Source: Candidatus Moraniibacteriota bacterium (GTDB lineage: Bacteria; Patescibacteriota; Minisyncoccia; Moranbacterales; GWC2-37-73). From it: DNA of 64,000 nt. Numbering within the stretch: the stretch's first letter is position 1; each line of letters opens with the position of its first letter. The stretch spans positions 105,908 through 169,907 of the forward strand of contig DAOOTD010000002.1 in NCBI GenBank assembly GCA_035390125.1, given 5' to 3'. Below the pieces are notes generated by a model that did no database searches, was not told where the DNA came from, and was given only the letters and a program-made list of their open reading frames with translations. Of this stretch, positions 47,344 through 56,978 are shown in pieces. The translations under genes were made by a program, and so were the position numbers.

Positions 47344-50300
47344 ATGGTAAAAGTTTCTGATAAACAATTAATTAGAGACAAGGAAAAAGAAACACAAACC
47401 GGGAAGCTTCTGAAAAAAATGAGTGGCCAGTCAGAAGAGGAAATCGCATCCCAGCTAGCTGCTGAATGTGGGCTTGCTTATGTCGATTTGAATATTTTTC
47501 CAGTGAGCTCAGATGACATGCGTTCTATTAGTGAAGAAGAATCAAGGAGGTACAAAATGATAGTTTTTCAGAAAGCTGGCAAAGAACACAGAATCGGGGT
47601 TGTCAATCCTACGAGTCAAGAAACCATATCTTTTATAGAAAAACTTAAAAATGAAAACGGATGGTTAATTCATTTGTATGTTATTTCGAATTCTTCTTTT
47701 AATAAAATATGGAAAAGATATGCTGCTATACCTTTTCTGGAAAACCTGGAATCAATGCAGATATCTCTCAGTGGCAAAGATTTAGATGATTTTGATAAAG
47801 AATTTGGAAATTTACTCGAATTAAAGAAACGTATAAATGAAATTCCCACTTCTCAGATAATTTCTATAATCATGGCAGGGTCCGTAAAGATGAAGGCAAG
47901 TGACATACATTTTGAACCGGGTGAACAAGAAGTACGTATGAGATTTCGCATAGATGGAGAACTTCAGGATATAGCTAGTTTTCCATTAGACACTTATCAT
48001 TTCATTTTGTCACGTATAAAAATGATGGGTAAAATGAAAATAAATGTACGTGATATTGCACAAGATGGCCATTTTTCTGTTGATATAGAAAATGGCAAAA
48101 TAAATGTAAGAACCAATATAATTCCCGGAAATCACGGAGAGTCAATAGTTATGCGTATTTTGAGTCAGGCTGACATAATGTTGGGAATTGAAGATTTGGG
48201 ATTGAGGGGATTAGCCTATGAACGGTTACAAAAGGAAGTTTCAAAACCGCATGGCATGATTTTAACAACAGGGCCTACTGGCAGTGGAAAGACTACGACC
48301 CTTTATGCTCTTGTTAATAAGCTCAACACCGCAGGAGTTAAAATTATAACAATCGAGGATCCAATTGAATATGAAGTTAAAAATATCTCTCAAACTCAGG
48401 TTGAAAAAGGAAGAAGCTATACTTTCGCAGAAGGGCTCAGAGCCATTGTACGTCAAGATCCAGACGTTATTTTAGTAGGTGAAATCCGTGATGATGAAAC
48501 AGCAGATATAGCTGTTAATGCAGCTTTAACCGGTCACCTTGTTCTTTCTACATTGCATACAAACAATGCCCCGGCATCAATACCAAGGTTTGTAGAGCTT
48601 GGTATAAAACCTAATTTAATATCACCTTCAGTGAATGCATTTATTGCGCAAAGGCTTGTACGCAAGCTTTGTCCACATTGCAGAGAAGAATATGCTCCGG
48701 CGCGTGAAACAATCGATTCTATTAAAAAGATTCTTTCTATAATTTCACCTAAGGCAAAAGTAGAAATACCAAAAACAGTTGAAAAACTATATCGTCCAGT
48801 CGGATGTTCTAAATGCCACAATATTGGATTTAAAGGACGCATTGGAATCTTCGAGATCTTAACGATAACCGAACCAATAGAAAAACTTATTTTGGAAATG
48901 GGTAGTGAAAGGGAAATAACACAGGCTGCGCTGGAAGATGGAATGATAACAATGGCGCAGGATGGAATTTTAAAAGCTATCGAAGGACTGACTTCCATGG
49001 AAGAGGTTTGGCATGCAACAGGCCAGACAGAATTTCTTGAAGAAATATATACAAAATTAATGGAGCAGTCGCTATCCAGGTCAGTTGAAATTCACGAAGA
49101 AGATCTGAAACTAGTTTCAGAAAACATGACCTCAATTGAATCTTTAGGTAAATTCTTACAAAACTCCAATCAAAAAGAAGTGGCTAATTATATTTTTGCT
49201 AGCAGTTTATTACTTAATGTTGGAGATATACACATAGAACCCGAAGAAAAAGTAGTAAAAATAAGATACAGAATGGACGGAATTTTGCAAACAATTGCAG
49301 AAATTCCAATTAACGAGTATCCCAGTTTGTTGGGAAATATAAAATTTTTAAGCGGATTCTCTTCTGAAATAAGGGGAGGAGTCATGGATAGTCGTTTTAC
49401 TATTGCATTAGAAAAACCATATAAAAATATAACTGAAACAAAAGTAGATGTTCGTGTATCAATAATACTTGGGGGGTATGGAGAGACAGTCGTTATGAGG
49501 CTTCTAAATAAATCATCTGTTGCTCTTGATTTAGAGAAACTCGGTATTCGCAAGCAAAACATGGAAAAAATAATTGAAGAGACGAGAAAACCAAACGGAA
49601 TATTTTTAAACACAGGGCCTACAGGATCCGGCAAGACCACGACACTTTATAGCATTATGAAGATTTTAAATAAACCTGAAGTGAAAATAATAAGCGTTGA
49701 AGATCCGATTGAATATCAGCTAGAAGGTATACTTCAAACTTCTGTTAATGATAATGAAGGATATACTTTTGGCACCGCTTTGCGCGCGCTTCTGCGTCAA
49801 AATCCCGACATTATGATGATTGGTGAAATTCGCGATGAAGAAACAGCCAATATAGCAGTTCAAGCTGCTCTGACTGGGCACTCTATCCTTTCTACTCTAC
49901 ATACAAATAATGCGGCTGGTTCTATACAACGTTTAATTAATATGGGAGTACGTAGTGATGATTTAGCAACAGCTGTCAATGCTTTGATGGCGCAAAGGCT
50001 TGTGCGTAAGCTTTGTGATTGCAAAACAAAAAGACAAATGACGGAAGAAGAAAAGAATAAAGTCAAAAAAATACTTCAGAACGTGTCTGACAAATCTGGA
50101 GTGGCTATTCCACCAATAGAAAGTGTTTATGAACCAAAAGGCTGTGATAAATGTAATGGCGTAGGATATAAAGGCAGAACAACAATAAGCGAGGTTTTTG
50201 TAATCGATCGAGACATAGAAGAATTGATTATGCAAAGCGCTTCCGCCACACAGCTTCAAGATAAAGCAGTGGAAAATGGAATGATAACAATGGAACAAGA

Positions 50301-50361
50301 TGGAATTTTAAAAGTTCTGGAAGGCGAAACAACTTTTGATGAAGTGGACAGGGTAGTATAG
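47344..50361 (+). CDS. Tandem-fused double GspE/PilB-family secretion ATPase (two complete ATPase units)
   Basis: Two successive units, each with a GspE N-terminal-like domain, Walker A (GPTGSGKTTTLY twice), Asp/His boxes, Walker B (…VGEIRDDETA… / …IGEIRDEETA…) and a CxxC…CxxC zinc module. ORF-track start 47278 is a TTG; the ATG at 47344 is preferred. Confidence 0.8.
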   Translation: MVKVSDKQLIRDKEKETQTGKLLKKMSGQSEEEIASQLAAECGLAYVDLNIFPVSSDDMRSISEEESRRYKMIVFQKAGKEHRIGVVNPTSQETISFIEKLKNENGWLIHLYVISNSSFNKIWKRYAAIPFLENLESMQISLSGKDLDDFDKEFGNLLELKKRINEIPTSQIISIIMAGSVKMKASDIHFEPGEQEVRMRFRIDGELQDIASFPLDTYHFILSRIKMMGKMKINVRDIAQDGHFSVDIENGKINVRTNIIPGNHGESIVMRILSQADIMLGIEDLGLRGLAYERLQKEVSKPHGMILTTGPTGSGKTTTLYALVNKLNTAGVKIITIEDPIEYEVKNISQTQVEKGRSYTFAEGLRAIVRQDPDVILVGEIRDDETADIAVNAALTGHLVLSTLHTNNAPASIPRFVELGIKPNLISPSVNAFIAQRLVRKLCPHCREEYAPARETIDSIKKILSIISPKAKVEIPKTVEKLYRPVGCSKCHNIGFKGRIGIFEILTITEPIEKLILEMGSEREITQAALEDGMITMAQDGILKAIEGLTSMEEVWHATGQTEFLEEIYTKLMEQSLSRSVEIHEEDLKLVSENMTSIESLGKFLQNSNQKEVANYIFASSLLLNVGDIHIEPEEKVVKIRYRMDGILQTIAEIPINEYPSLLGNIKFLSGFSSEIRGGVMDSRFTIALEKPYKNITETKVDVRVSIILGGYGETVVMRLLNKSSVALDLEKLGIRKQNMEKIIEETRKPNGIFLNTGPTGSGKTTTLYSIMKILNKPEVKIISVEDPIEYQLEGILQTSVNDNEGYTFGTALRALLRQNPDIMMIGEIRDEETANIAVQAALTGHSILSTLHTNNAAGSIQRLINMGVRSDDLATAVNALMAQRLVRKLCDCKTKRQMTEEEKNKVKKILQNVSDKSGVAIPPIESVYEPKGCDKCNGVGYKGRTTISEVFVIDRDIEELIMQSASATQLQDKAVENGMITMEQDGILKVLEGETTFDEVDRVV

Positions 50362-50433
50362 ATAGCTTTTTAGGCGTTAGCTTCATTAGCTTTTTAGAAA
50401 ATATAAAATACAATTTTTTCGACAATTTTAAAA

Positions 50434-50507
50434 GGCAGGGATTTTTCAATCATCTGCCTTTTTTAAGCATAAAAGATTTAAGGCAGGGCGAATATCTCGC
50501 TCTGCCT
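50434..50507. terminator. Two hairpins between convergent genes (likely bidirectional terminators)
   Basis: GGCAG…CTGCC + TTTTTT (50434-50464) and AGGCAGGGCGA-atatc-TCGCTCTGCCT, an 11-bp stem with 1 mismatch (50481-50507). Confidence 0.4.
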
Positions 50508-50512
50508 TTGTT

Positions 50513-50833
50513 CTACTTGGTAGGTTCAGCCCAGGTTGGGTTAAATGATCCTCTCCGTTCGACAAATTGGATATATCCAGACTTGCCGATGGATTTTATG
50601 GTCATTGGAGATTTCTCTCCTTTGATATTTACTTTCATTCCGGGAGCCAGAGCTTTCTCCTTGACGGAAGAGAGTCTGAAATTTTCTCCTTTTTCTTTTC
50701 TCTCTCGGTCTATTTTCACGTCAATGATCCTCCTAATTGAGTTCATCTCCTTTCGACTCCGTTCTTTCTTAAAATCAAATCCGGGCATGAACTTCCGGAT
50801 TATATTTTTGTATCCCTCATTTGTAAATATCAT
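50513..50833 (-). CDS. Hypothetical basic protein
   Basis: 106 aa; very strong SD (AAGGGAGGGGGAG) upstream of the ATG; K/R-rich; no recognisable motif. Confidence 0.45.
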   Translation of the reverse strand: MIFTNEGYKNIIRKFMPGFDFKKERSRKEMNSIRRIIDVKIDRERKEKGENFRLSSVKEKALAPGMKVNIKGEKSPMTIKSIGKSGYIQFVERRGSFNPTWAEPTK

Positions 50834-50854
50834 TTTCTCCCCCTCCCTTGTTTT

Positions 50855-51027
50855 TTGTTTTTATTGATCTGTAGACAAGTCCCAAAAGACGGATCCTTCG
50901 GGGAAGGAACAGTGTCGAGGAACTCCGCAGCCGAAACCGCAAAGCCCATATCTTGGCAAAAAAGTTCCCAAATTGAGGACAAAAGATAGAAGCCCCCAAC
51001 TGCCTACAGGTCAATAAAAACAACAAG
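50855..51027. other. GC-rich ~125-bp core closed by a ~24-bp imperfect inverted repeat; candidate structured RNA leader or MITE-like insertion
   Basis: Left arm TTGTTTTTATTGATCTGTAGACAAG, right arm CTGCCTACAGGTCAATAAAAACAA (2 mismatches). Core has internal hairpins (TCCTT-cgggg-AAGGA) and is much more GC-rich than its surroundings. Confidence 0.35.
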
Positions 51028-51264
51028 AGATAAGTATTTTTTCGTTGATTTTAGAGTTTAGCACAGCTTTGTTTTTTTGTCAACTCCACGCTAAATTTTG
51101 TAATCATGGTATAATATTAACGGAAATGTCGAAAACTTGGTTTAGGGGTCAAGCCGTGCTAAAATAAACTTATAGAAAGCGAAAATTAGCGTAAAAGGCA
51201 ATAAGATAGCTTACTATAACTATACTATATAATACGCCAGAATAAGTGATTTTTTTCAAAATAT

Positions 51265-52275
51265 ATGATTACAACCTCAAATGAGCAGGAAGAGGACAAA
51301 AATTTAGATACGACACTTCGTCCACAGAGACTTTCGGAATATGTAGGACAACAGAAAATTCGCAAAAATCTGCAAATGTTCCTTGATGCTGCCAAGAAAA
51401 GAGGAGAACCAATCGAACATGTTTTATTATATGGACCAGCTGGGTTAGGAAAAACTACTTTGGCGCATATTATTGCCAATGAAATGGGAGTAAAAATAAG
51501 AGTAACATCTGGTCCTGCTATTGAAAAAGTAGGAGACTTAGGATCAATACTGACAAATTTACAGGATGGCGACGTTCTTTTCATTGATGAAATACACAGG
51601 TTAAATAAGCTTATCGAAGAAGTTCTTTATCCTGCTATGGAAGACTATAAGCTGGATGTGATTATTGGTAAGGGTCCTTCTGCCAGGACATTGCAGCTTG
51701 ATCTTCCAAAATTCACTCTTATCGGAGCAACAACTAAGCTTGGATCAATTTCGAATCCACTCCGAAACAGATTTGGAGCTATCCATCGCTTGGAATTTTA
51801 CGACGAAGATGAGATGAAGCAGATTATTAATCGTAGCGGAAAAATATTGGGTGTGAACATAGATGAAAGCGGTGCTAAAGAAATAGCTAAATCCAGCCGC
51901 CGGACGCCACGTGTAGGCAACAGGATGATAAAAAGAGTGCGTGACTTTGCCCAAATAAAAGATCATAAAATAATAGATTCAATTGTGGCAAGAAAGGCTT
52001 TAGCTATGATGGAAATAGATGAATTGGGTTTGGAACCGACCGACCGTCACATCTTAGAAACTATCATAAAAAAATTTAACGGTGGCCCGGTAGGCATACA
52101 AACAATTGCAGCGGCTACATCTGAAGAAATTGAAACTATAGAAGATGTTTATGAACCATTTTTAATCCAGCTAGGATTTTTAGCCCGTACGCCCAGAGGA
52201 AGGATAGCAACTAATCTGGCTTATGAACATTTAGGTTTTCCTATCCCAAAAGATAGTCAAGAAAAATTGCTTTAA
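51265..52275 (+). CDS. ruvB: Holliday junction branch-migration ATPase RuvB
   Basis: 336 aa; Walker [15 protein letters not shown], Walker [10 protein letters not shown], sensor motifs, C-terminal winged helix. Confidence 0.95.
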   Translation: MITTSNEQEEDKNLDTTLRPQRLSEYVGQQKIRKNLQMFLDAAKKRGEPIEHVLLYGPAGLGKTTLAHIIANEMGVKIRVTSGPAIEKVGDLGSILTNLQDGDVLFIDEIHRLNKLIEEVLYPAMEDYKLDVIIGKGPSARTLQLDLPKFTLIGATTKLGSISNPLRNRFGAIHRLEFYDEDEMKQIINRSGKILGVNIDESGAKEIAKSSRRTPRVGNRMIKRVRDFAQIKDHKIIDSIVARKALAMMEIDELGLEPTDRHILETIIKKFNGGPVGIQTIAAATSEEIETIEDVYEPFLIQLGFLARTPRGRIATNLAYEHLGFPIPKDSQEKLL

Positions 52276-52330
52276 TTTTCTTTATTTTTGGTGAAAAATA
52301 ATATATAATAACTTTATAAATTGTTAAATT

Positions 52331-52552
52331 ATGATTGCAATTTTTCAGATATTATATTTTCTTGTCTTTTTCGTTATGTTTTTAATGAGTATTTTTATCG
52401 TTTTTCATATTGTTTTTTATTCATATACCCAGGTCTCTAAAATAATAACACTTGTAATATTTGTTCCAGTGTCAGCGGTCCTTTTATTTACAAATCTTGC
52501 ATTGTTTTTTTCAATACCGCTCGAAAATGTTTTTTCAGATATTATAAAATAG
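52331..52552 (+). CDS. Small hydrophobic membrane protein (hypothetical)
   Basis: 73 aa, two predicted TM helices, upstream of a membrane PH-domain protein. Confidence 0.3.
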   Translation: MIAIFQILYFLVFFVMFLMSIFIVFHIVFYSYTQVSKIITLVIFVPVSAVLLFTNLALFFSIPLENVFSDIIK

Positions 52553-52594
52553 TTTTTTATTCAAATTAACAAATATTTTTTTAAATTTTCCATT

Positions 52595-53164
52595 ATGGAT
52601 GGATTTCCAAAATATAATTTTAAAGATTTACGTCAAGATGAAAAAATTATCAAAGTTCTTCACCGCAACTGGTTTTATCTTTTTCAGCAATTCTTCATTT
52701 TAATTCTAGTAGCGTCTGCTTTTGTGGCTAGTTCTTTTTTTGCTCCTGTTTTTTTTCCAAACTTTCTTGAAAAAGTTGACAAATCAGTCATTCTTTTTGC
52801 TCAAAATTTTTTTATACTTGCAATTTGGCTTTATGGATTCATGATTTGGATAGATTATTATTTCGATATTTGGATAATAACATCTGAGCGGATTATAAAT
52901 ATAGAACAAAAAGGGATGTTTTCCCGTGAAGTTAGTGAACTTAGATTCCAAAAAATCCAGGATGTTACCACGAAAGTTGTTGGATTCATACCTACTGTTC
53001 TTAATTACGGTGATGTAAGAGTTCAAACAGCAGGAGAAGAAAGGGAATTTATTTTTCTTACGATTTCTAATCCATATGATATTAAAAATCTTATAATGAG
53101 CTTGCAAAAGCAGTGTGAAGAACATTCCAAAAATGAAATAGAGGAAATGCTCAAAGCAAATTAG
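52595..53164 (+). CDS. Membrane protein with bacterial PH domain (YdbS/YdbT-like, bPH_2)
   Basis: 189 aa; two TM helices followed by …ITSERIINIEQKGMFSREVSELRFQKIQDVTTKV…GDVRVQTAGEE… typical of bPH_2/DUF304. Confidence 0.5.
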   Translation: MDGFPKYNFKDLRQDEKIIKVLHRNWFYLFQQFFILILVASAFVASSFFAPVFFPNFLEKVDKSVILFAQNFFILAIWLYGFMIWIDYYFDIWIITSERIINIEQKGMFSREVSELRFQKIQDVTTKVVGFIPTVLNYGDVRVQTAGEEREFIFLTISNPYDIKNLIMSLQKQCEEHSKNEIEEMLKAN

Positions 53165-53188
53165 GAAAGTAAACTGAATAAAATTCGG

Positions 53189-55132
53189 GTGAAAACAAAA
53201 AGAAAAATAAAAATAGCATATTTTTTTTGCATACTGCTAATTATACCGGCAGCTTTTTTTGTTTTTAATTATTCATGTTTTGCCAACGAAAATCCTATAA
53301 TAAGCGCTGTGCAAACTAAAGGAAATAATGCCAACGATGATTTCATAGAAATATATAATCCAAGTTGTAATGACATTAATATCTCCGATTGGAAAATAAT
53401 AAAAAGAACGGCTTCTGGAACCGAATCATCAATAAAGGTTATAAGTCATGGAACAGTTATTAAAGCAAAAAGCTATTTTCTCTGGAGCAATTCAGGATTT
53501 TCTGAAACAGTACGAGCTGATCAGTCAACAGTATCTATCTTATCGGATAACTATAGCATTGCCTTATTTAATGACGATAAAATTACTGATTCAATAACCT
53601 GGGGAATTAATTCAAATCCATTTTTTGGGAGCTATTTTTATTCTGAAAACTTACTTAAATCCCAAGTTCTTAAAAAAGATGCGGATGGTGATTTTTCAAC
53701 GGAGATAAATTATTTACCTAAAAACTCTTCAATTGTAAATGAAGCAGAATTGTCTTTATGCAAAAAAGAAGATCCTGTGTCTGTTGAATATTCAAATAAG
53801 CTTCAAATTAGTGAGTTATTGCCTAATCCAGAAGACGGTGATGAAGAATATATTGAATTTTACAATAATTCGGATGAAAAAATTAATCTTAAGGGTTGGT
53901 CTTTACATGACGCATCAAAATCAGGCGAATATGTTTTTTTATCAGCCGATTACATGGAGCCGGAAGAATATTTTGTAATTTATAAATCAGATTTTAAATT
54001 TGCGCTAAACAATAGTGGAGATGAAAATTTAGTGCTTTTTGACCCAAATAAAAAAGATATTTTTGAAGTCTCGTATTCTGGCAGTAAAAAGGGTATTTCA
54101 TATAGCTTTGATGGGAATGAATGGCATTGGAGCAAGTTTCTGACTCCGGGAGAAGAAAATAAATTTGAAAAAATTCACAAGGGAAAGCCGGATATTGACG
54201 AAAATATATATGTGAATGTGTATGCTAATTTTAAAATTGGTAGACTTTCCAAAAAAGCTAAAGTGACATGGGACTTTGGAGACGGACATAAGAGCTATCT
54301 TAAAAAAACAAAACATAAATATAAAAAAGCTGGAAAATATGAAGGCAGTGTAAAATATTCAGAGGGCAGCGAAGACAGGATAGAAAAATTTACTATAGAA
54401 GTCGTGAAAATGAAACATCCGGAAGTTAAAATTATTTCGGTTAATGCTAATCCCATAGGTAGCGATACGGAAAATGAAACTATTACGGTAGAGAACAAAT
54501 CTAAGAAGAAAATAAACCTCAATGGCTGGAGTATAGCGACGGGCTGGAAAAAACTCATTAATCATCCTATTTCGATCGATTTTGAAATTAAAGCTGGAAA
54601 AAGCAGAGAAATTACCCGTGAAATTTCCAAATTTACTTTGAATAATACGAAAAACGAAATAGAACTTCGCTATCCGGACGGAAAAGTTGCCTATGATTTA
54701 AAATATAAAAAGAAAAATGACTCTATTAAGGAAGGAGAAATTTATACAAAAAGTAAAGGCGGATGGATATGGGTTGGTAGTAATAAGCAGGTAGAAAGCA
54801 GTAATCAGGAAGCAATAAATAGCGAGCAGGAAGATATAAATATAAATGGAAGTGATGATATGGAAAATATTTCAGAAGCAGATATTATTTCAAAGCCGAT
54901 GTTTGAAAGAGAAAATAAATTGGTTTCAAACAATAAAAAAATATTCAAAATAGAATTATCAAATAATTATCCGCGTGTTTTAGGCGAAGAAACAGTCAGA
55001 GAAATTGATGGTACTTATTTTTTCACGGCAGAACTACCAAGGCAATCTCATTACATGATTATTTTTATAAAAGATTTATTTACGGTAATAAATTTAAAAT
55101 TAAATTTTATAATAAACTTTTTCCTAAACTGA
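53189..55132 (+). CDS. Secreted lamin-tail-domain (LTD) repeat protein with PKD-like segment
   Basis: 647 aa, GTG start, signal anchor. Three LTD-like units (NPIISAVQTKGNNANDDFIEIYNPS…DWKI; ISELLPNPEDGDEEYIEFYNNSDEKINLKGWSL; KIISVNANPIGSDTENETITVENKSKKKINLNGWSI) and a PKD-like WDFGDGH motif. Confidence 0.55.
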   Translation: MKTKRKIKIAYFFCILLIIPAAFFVFNYSCFANENPIISAVQTKGNNANDDFIEIYNPSCNDINISDWKIIKRTASGTESSIKVISHGTVIKAKSYFLWSNSGFSETVRADQSTVSILSDNYSIALFNDDKITDSITWGINSNPFFGSYFYSENLLKSQVLKKDADGDFSTEINYLPKNSSIVNEAELSLCKKEDPVSVEYSNKLQISELLPNPEDGDEEYIEFYNNSDEKINLKGWSLHDASKSGEYVFLSADYMEPEEYFVIYKSDFKFALNNSGDENLVLFDPNKKDIFEVSYSGSKKGISYSFDGNEWHWSKFLTPGEENKFEKIHKGKPDIDENIYVNVYANFKIGRLSKKAKVTWDFGDGHKSYLKKTKHKYKKAGKYEGSVKYSEGSEDRIEKFTIEVVKMKHPEVKIISVNANPIGSDTENETITVENKSKKKINLNGWSIATGWKKLINHPISIDFEIKAGKSREITREISKFTLNNTKNEIELRYPDGKVAYDLKYKKKNDSIKEGEIYTKSKGGWIWVGSNKQVESSNQEAINSEQEDININGSDDMENISEADIISKPMFERENKLVSNNKKIFKIELSNNYPRVLGEETVREIDGTYFFTAELPRQSHYMIIFIKDLFTVINLKLNFIINFFLN

Positions 55133-55275
55133 AAAAAGCTTATCTAAAAAAGATGCTTTTATTTTCTCTAAGTAAAAATCATAAATAATTACGAGCTTTA
55201 CAAAAAAGCCCACCTTCACTTGCATAAGCTATGGCGGGCAGGACAATAGAAGTTACGCTAAACCTTCTTGCCATA

Positions 55276-55509
55276 TTACGTGGTTATTTCATCTACTATT
55301 CTGATAAGTTCTCCAATTGAGTGCCAATTATCTTTGGGTATGTAATCGTGAGCTTTTTGGGCAAAAGAATATAAATTCATTTTTTCTCCAAAATTAAGAA
55401 ACCTTGCTTCTGAAGGCAGAAGTTTTTCGTATTCAGGCTTGATGTCATTGGGAATCCATTTAATAATTGAGTTTAAAATAGATCTTAGTCTTTCCAATTT
55501 TTCTCTCAT
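55276..55509 (-). CDS. Small hypothetical protein
   Basis: 77 aa ORF with ATG on the opposite strand to its neighbours; helical, charged. Confidence 0.3.
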   Translation of the reverse strand: MREKLERLRSILNSIIKWIPNDIKPEYEKLLPSEARFLNFGEKMNLYSFAQKAHDYIPKDNWHSIGELIRIVDEITT

Positions 55510-55675
55510 TTTTCAACTCCTTTCTCTTTAAAATTAAAAGAACTTTTCTATTTATGTCCGTTTTAGCTTAATACAATATTTAAAACAGATTATTACAAAA
55601 TTATAAGATGTTTACCTTGAAATAGATTTTTATGAGTGATAATATTAGTTTGTATAAAATATAAAAAATAAATCT

Positions 55676-56392
55676 ATGTCCGGACATTCGCATTGGGCAG
55701 GAATCAAACAAAGAAAGGGCGTTAACGATGCCAAGAAAGCGAACGTATTTACCAAATATGGACGGCTTATTTCTATTGCCGCCAAACAAGGTGGCGGCAA
55801 TCCGGATCATAATTTTTCCTTGCGTTTAGCTATTGATCAGGCGCGGTCGGTCAATATGCCAAAAGACACCATCGAACGTGCTATTAAAAAAGGCACAGGC
55901 GAACTCAAAGATGGATCGGAAATTGAAGAAGTAATTTATGAAGGCTATGGACCAGGCAATGTGGCAATGCTGATCAAGACGGCTACTGATAATCGCAATC
56001 GGACCTTCAGTGAAATTAAAAGTTTATTCACTAAAGGGGGAGGTAAACTAGGCAGTGAAGGCAGTGTCAAATTTATGTTCAAACAAGTAGGCAGTATTGA
56101 AATCTTAAATGAAAATAGAAATTCAGATGAAATTGAAATAGCAGCTATTGAAGCTGGAGCAGAAGACATGGCTTATGAAAAAGATTTTATTATTATTTAT
56201 ACGGCCACAACGGAATTACAAAATGTCAAAGAAAGCTTAGAAAAGAATGGGATTAAAATAGAAGGTGCTGGATTGATCTATGTGCCGTTGCAAAAAATAG
56301 AACTTCTTCCTGAGGCTAAGACAGCTTATGAAAATCTTTGGGAAAAATTGGATGAGCATGATGATGTACAAGAAATTTTTGACAATCTTTAA
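55676..56392 (+). CDS. yebC: YebC/PmpR-family transcriptional regulator
   Basis: 238 aa; N-terminal MSGHSHWAGIKQRKG and conserved YebC layout; immediately upstream of ruvC. Confidence 0.9.
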   Translation: MSGHSHWAGIKQRKGVNDAKKANVFTKYGRLISIAAKQGGGNPDHNFSLRLAIDQARSVNMPKDTIERAIKKGTGELKDGSEIEEVIYEGYGPGNVAMLIKTATDNRNRTFSEIKSLFTKGGGKLGSEGSVKFMFKQVGSIEILNENRNSDEIEIAAIEAGAEDMAYEKDFIIIYTATTELQNVKESLEKNGIKIEGAGLIYVPLQKIELLPEAKTAYENLWEKLDEHDDVQEIFDNL

Positions 56393-56403
56393 TTGTTTAT
56401 CAG

Positions 56404-56925
56404 ATGAAAAAAAAATCAAAAAATATTGAGAAATTAAGAGTTCTCGGTATCGATCCCGGATCAGCAACTGTTGGTTGGGCAGTTTTAGACGAAAAAAATG
56501 GGAATGTAGAATCTGTGGCTTATGGACACATTTCAACTTCACCCAAAAATAATACCGCAGAAAGACTTCTTGAGGTTTCTAGCGACTTAGAGCAGATAAT
56601 AAAAAAATATAAACCAGATGAAGCGTCTGTAGAAGAATTGTTTTTCTTTAAAAATGTAAAAACAGTCATGAAAGTCAGCCAGGCCAGAGGAGCTATACTC
56701 TTGACTTTGGAAAAAAATCGTGTTAACGTATGCGGTTATACTCCGCTCCAAGTCAAGCAGGCTTTAACAGGATATGGACGGGCGGAAAAAAAGCAGGTTC
56801 AATCGATGGTTAAAGAGGTATTAAAGCTTAAGAACATTCCTAAGCCAGATGATACAGCCGATGCAATTGCAATTGCTCTCTGTCATTTGAATAGTAGAAA
56901 AATGAAATCAATAAAATGTAAATAA
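56404..56925 (+). CDS. ruvC: Crossover junction endodeoxyribonuclease RuvC
   Basis: 173 aa; …VLGIDPGSATVGWAVL… RNase-H-fold catalytic Asp, …DAADAIAIA… C-terminal acidic motif. Confidence 0.9.
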   Translation: MKKKSKNIEKLRVLGIDPGSATVGWAVLDEKNGNVESVAYGHISTSPKNNTAERLLEVSSDLEQIIKKYKPDEASVEELFFFKNVKTVMKVSQARGAILLTLEKNRVNVCGYTPLQVKQALTGYGRAEKKQVQSMVKEVLKLKNIPKPDDTADAIAIALCHLNSRKMKSIKCK

Positions 56926-56978
56926 ATACGAATTTGAATTTAAAATTAATTCAAATTCCTAGAAATTAGAATAAAATT

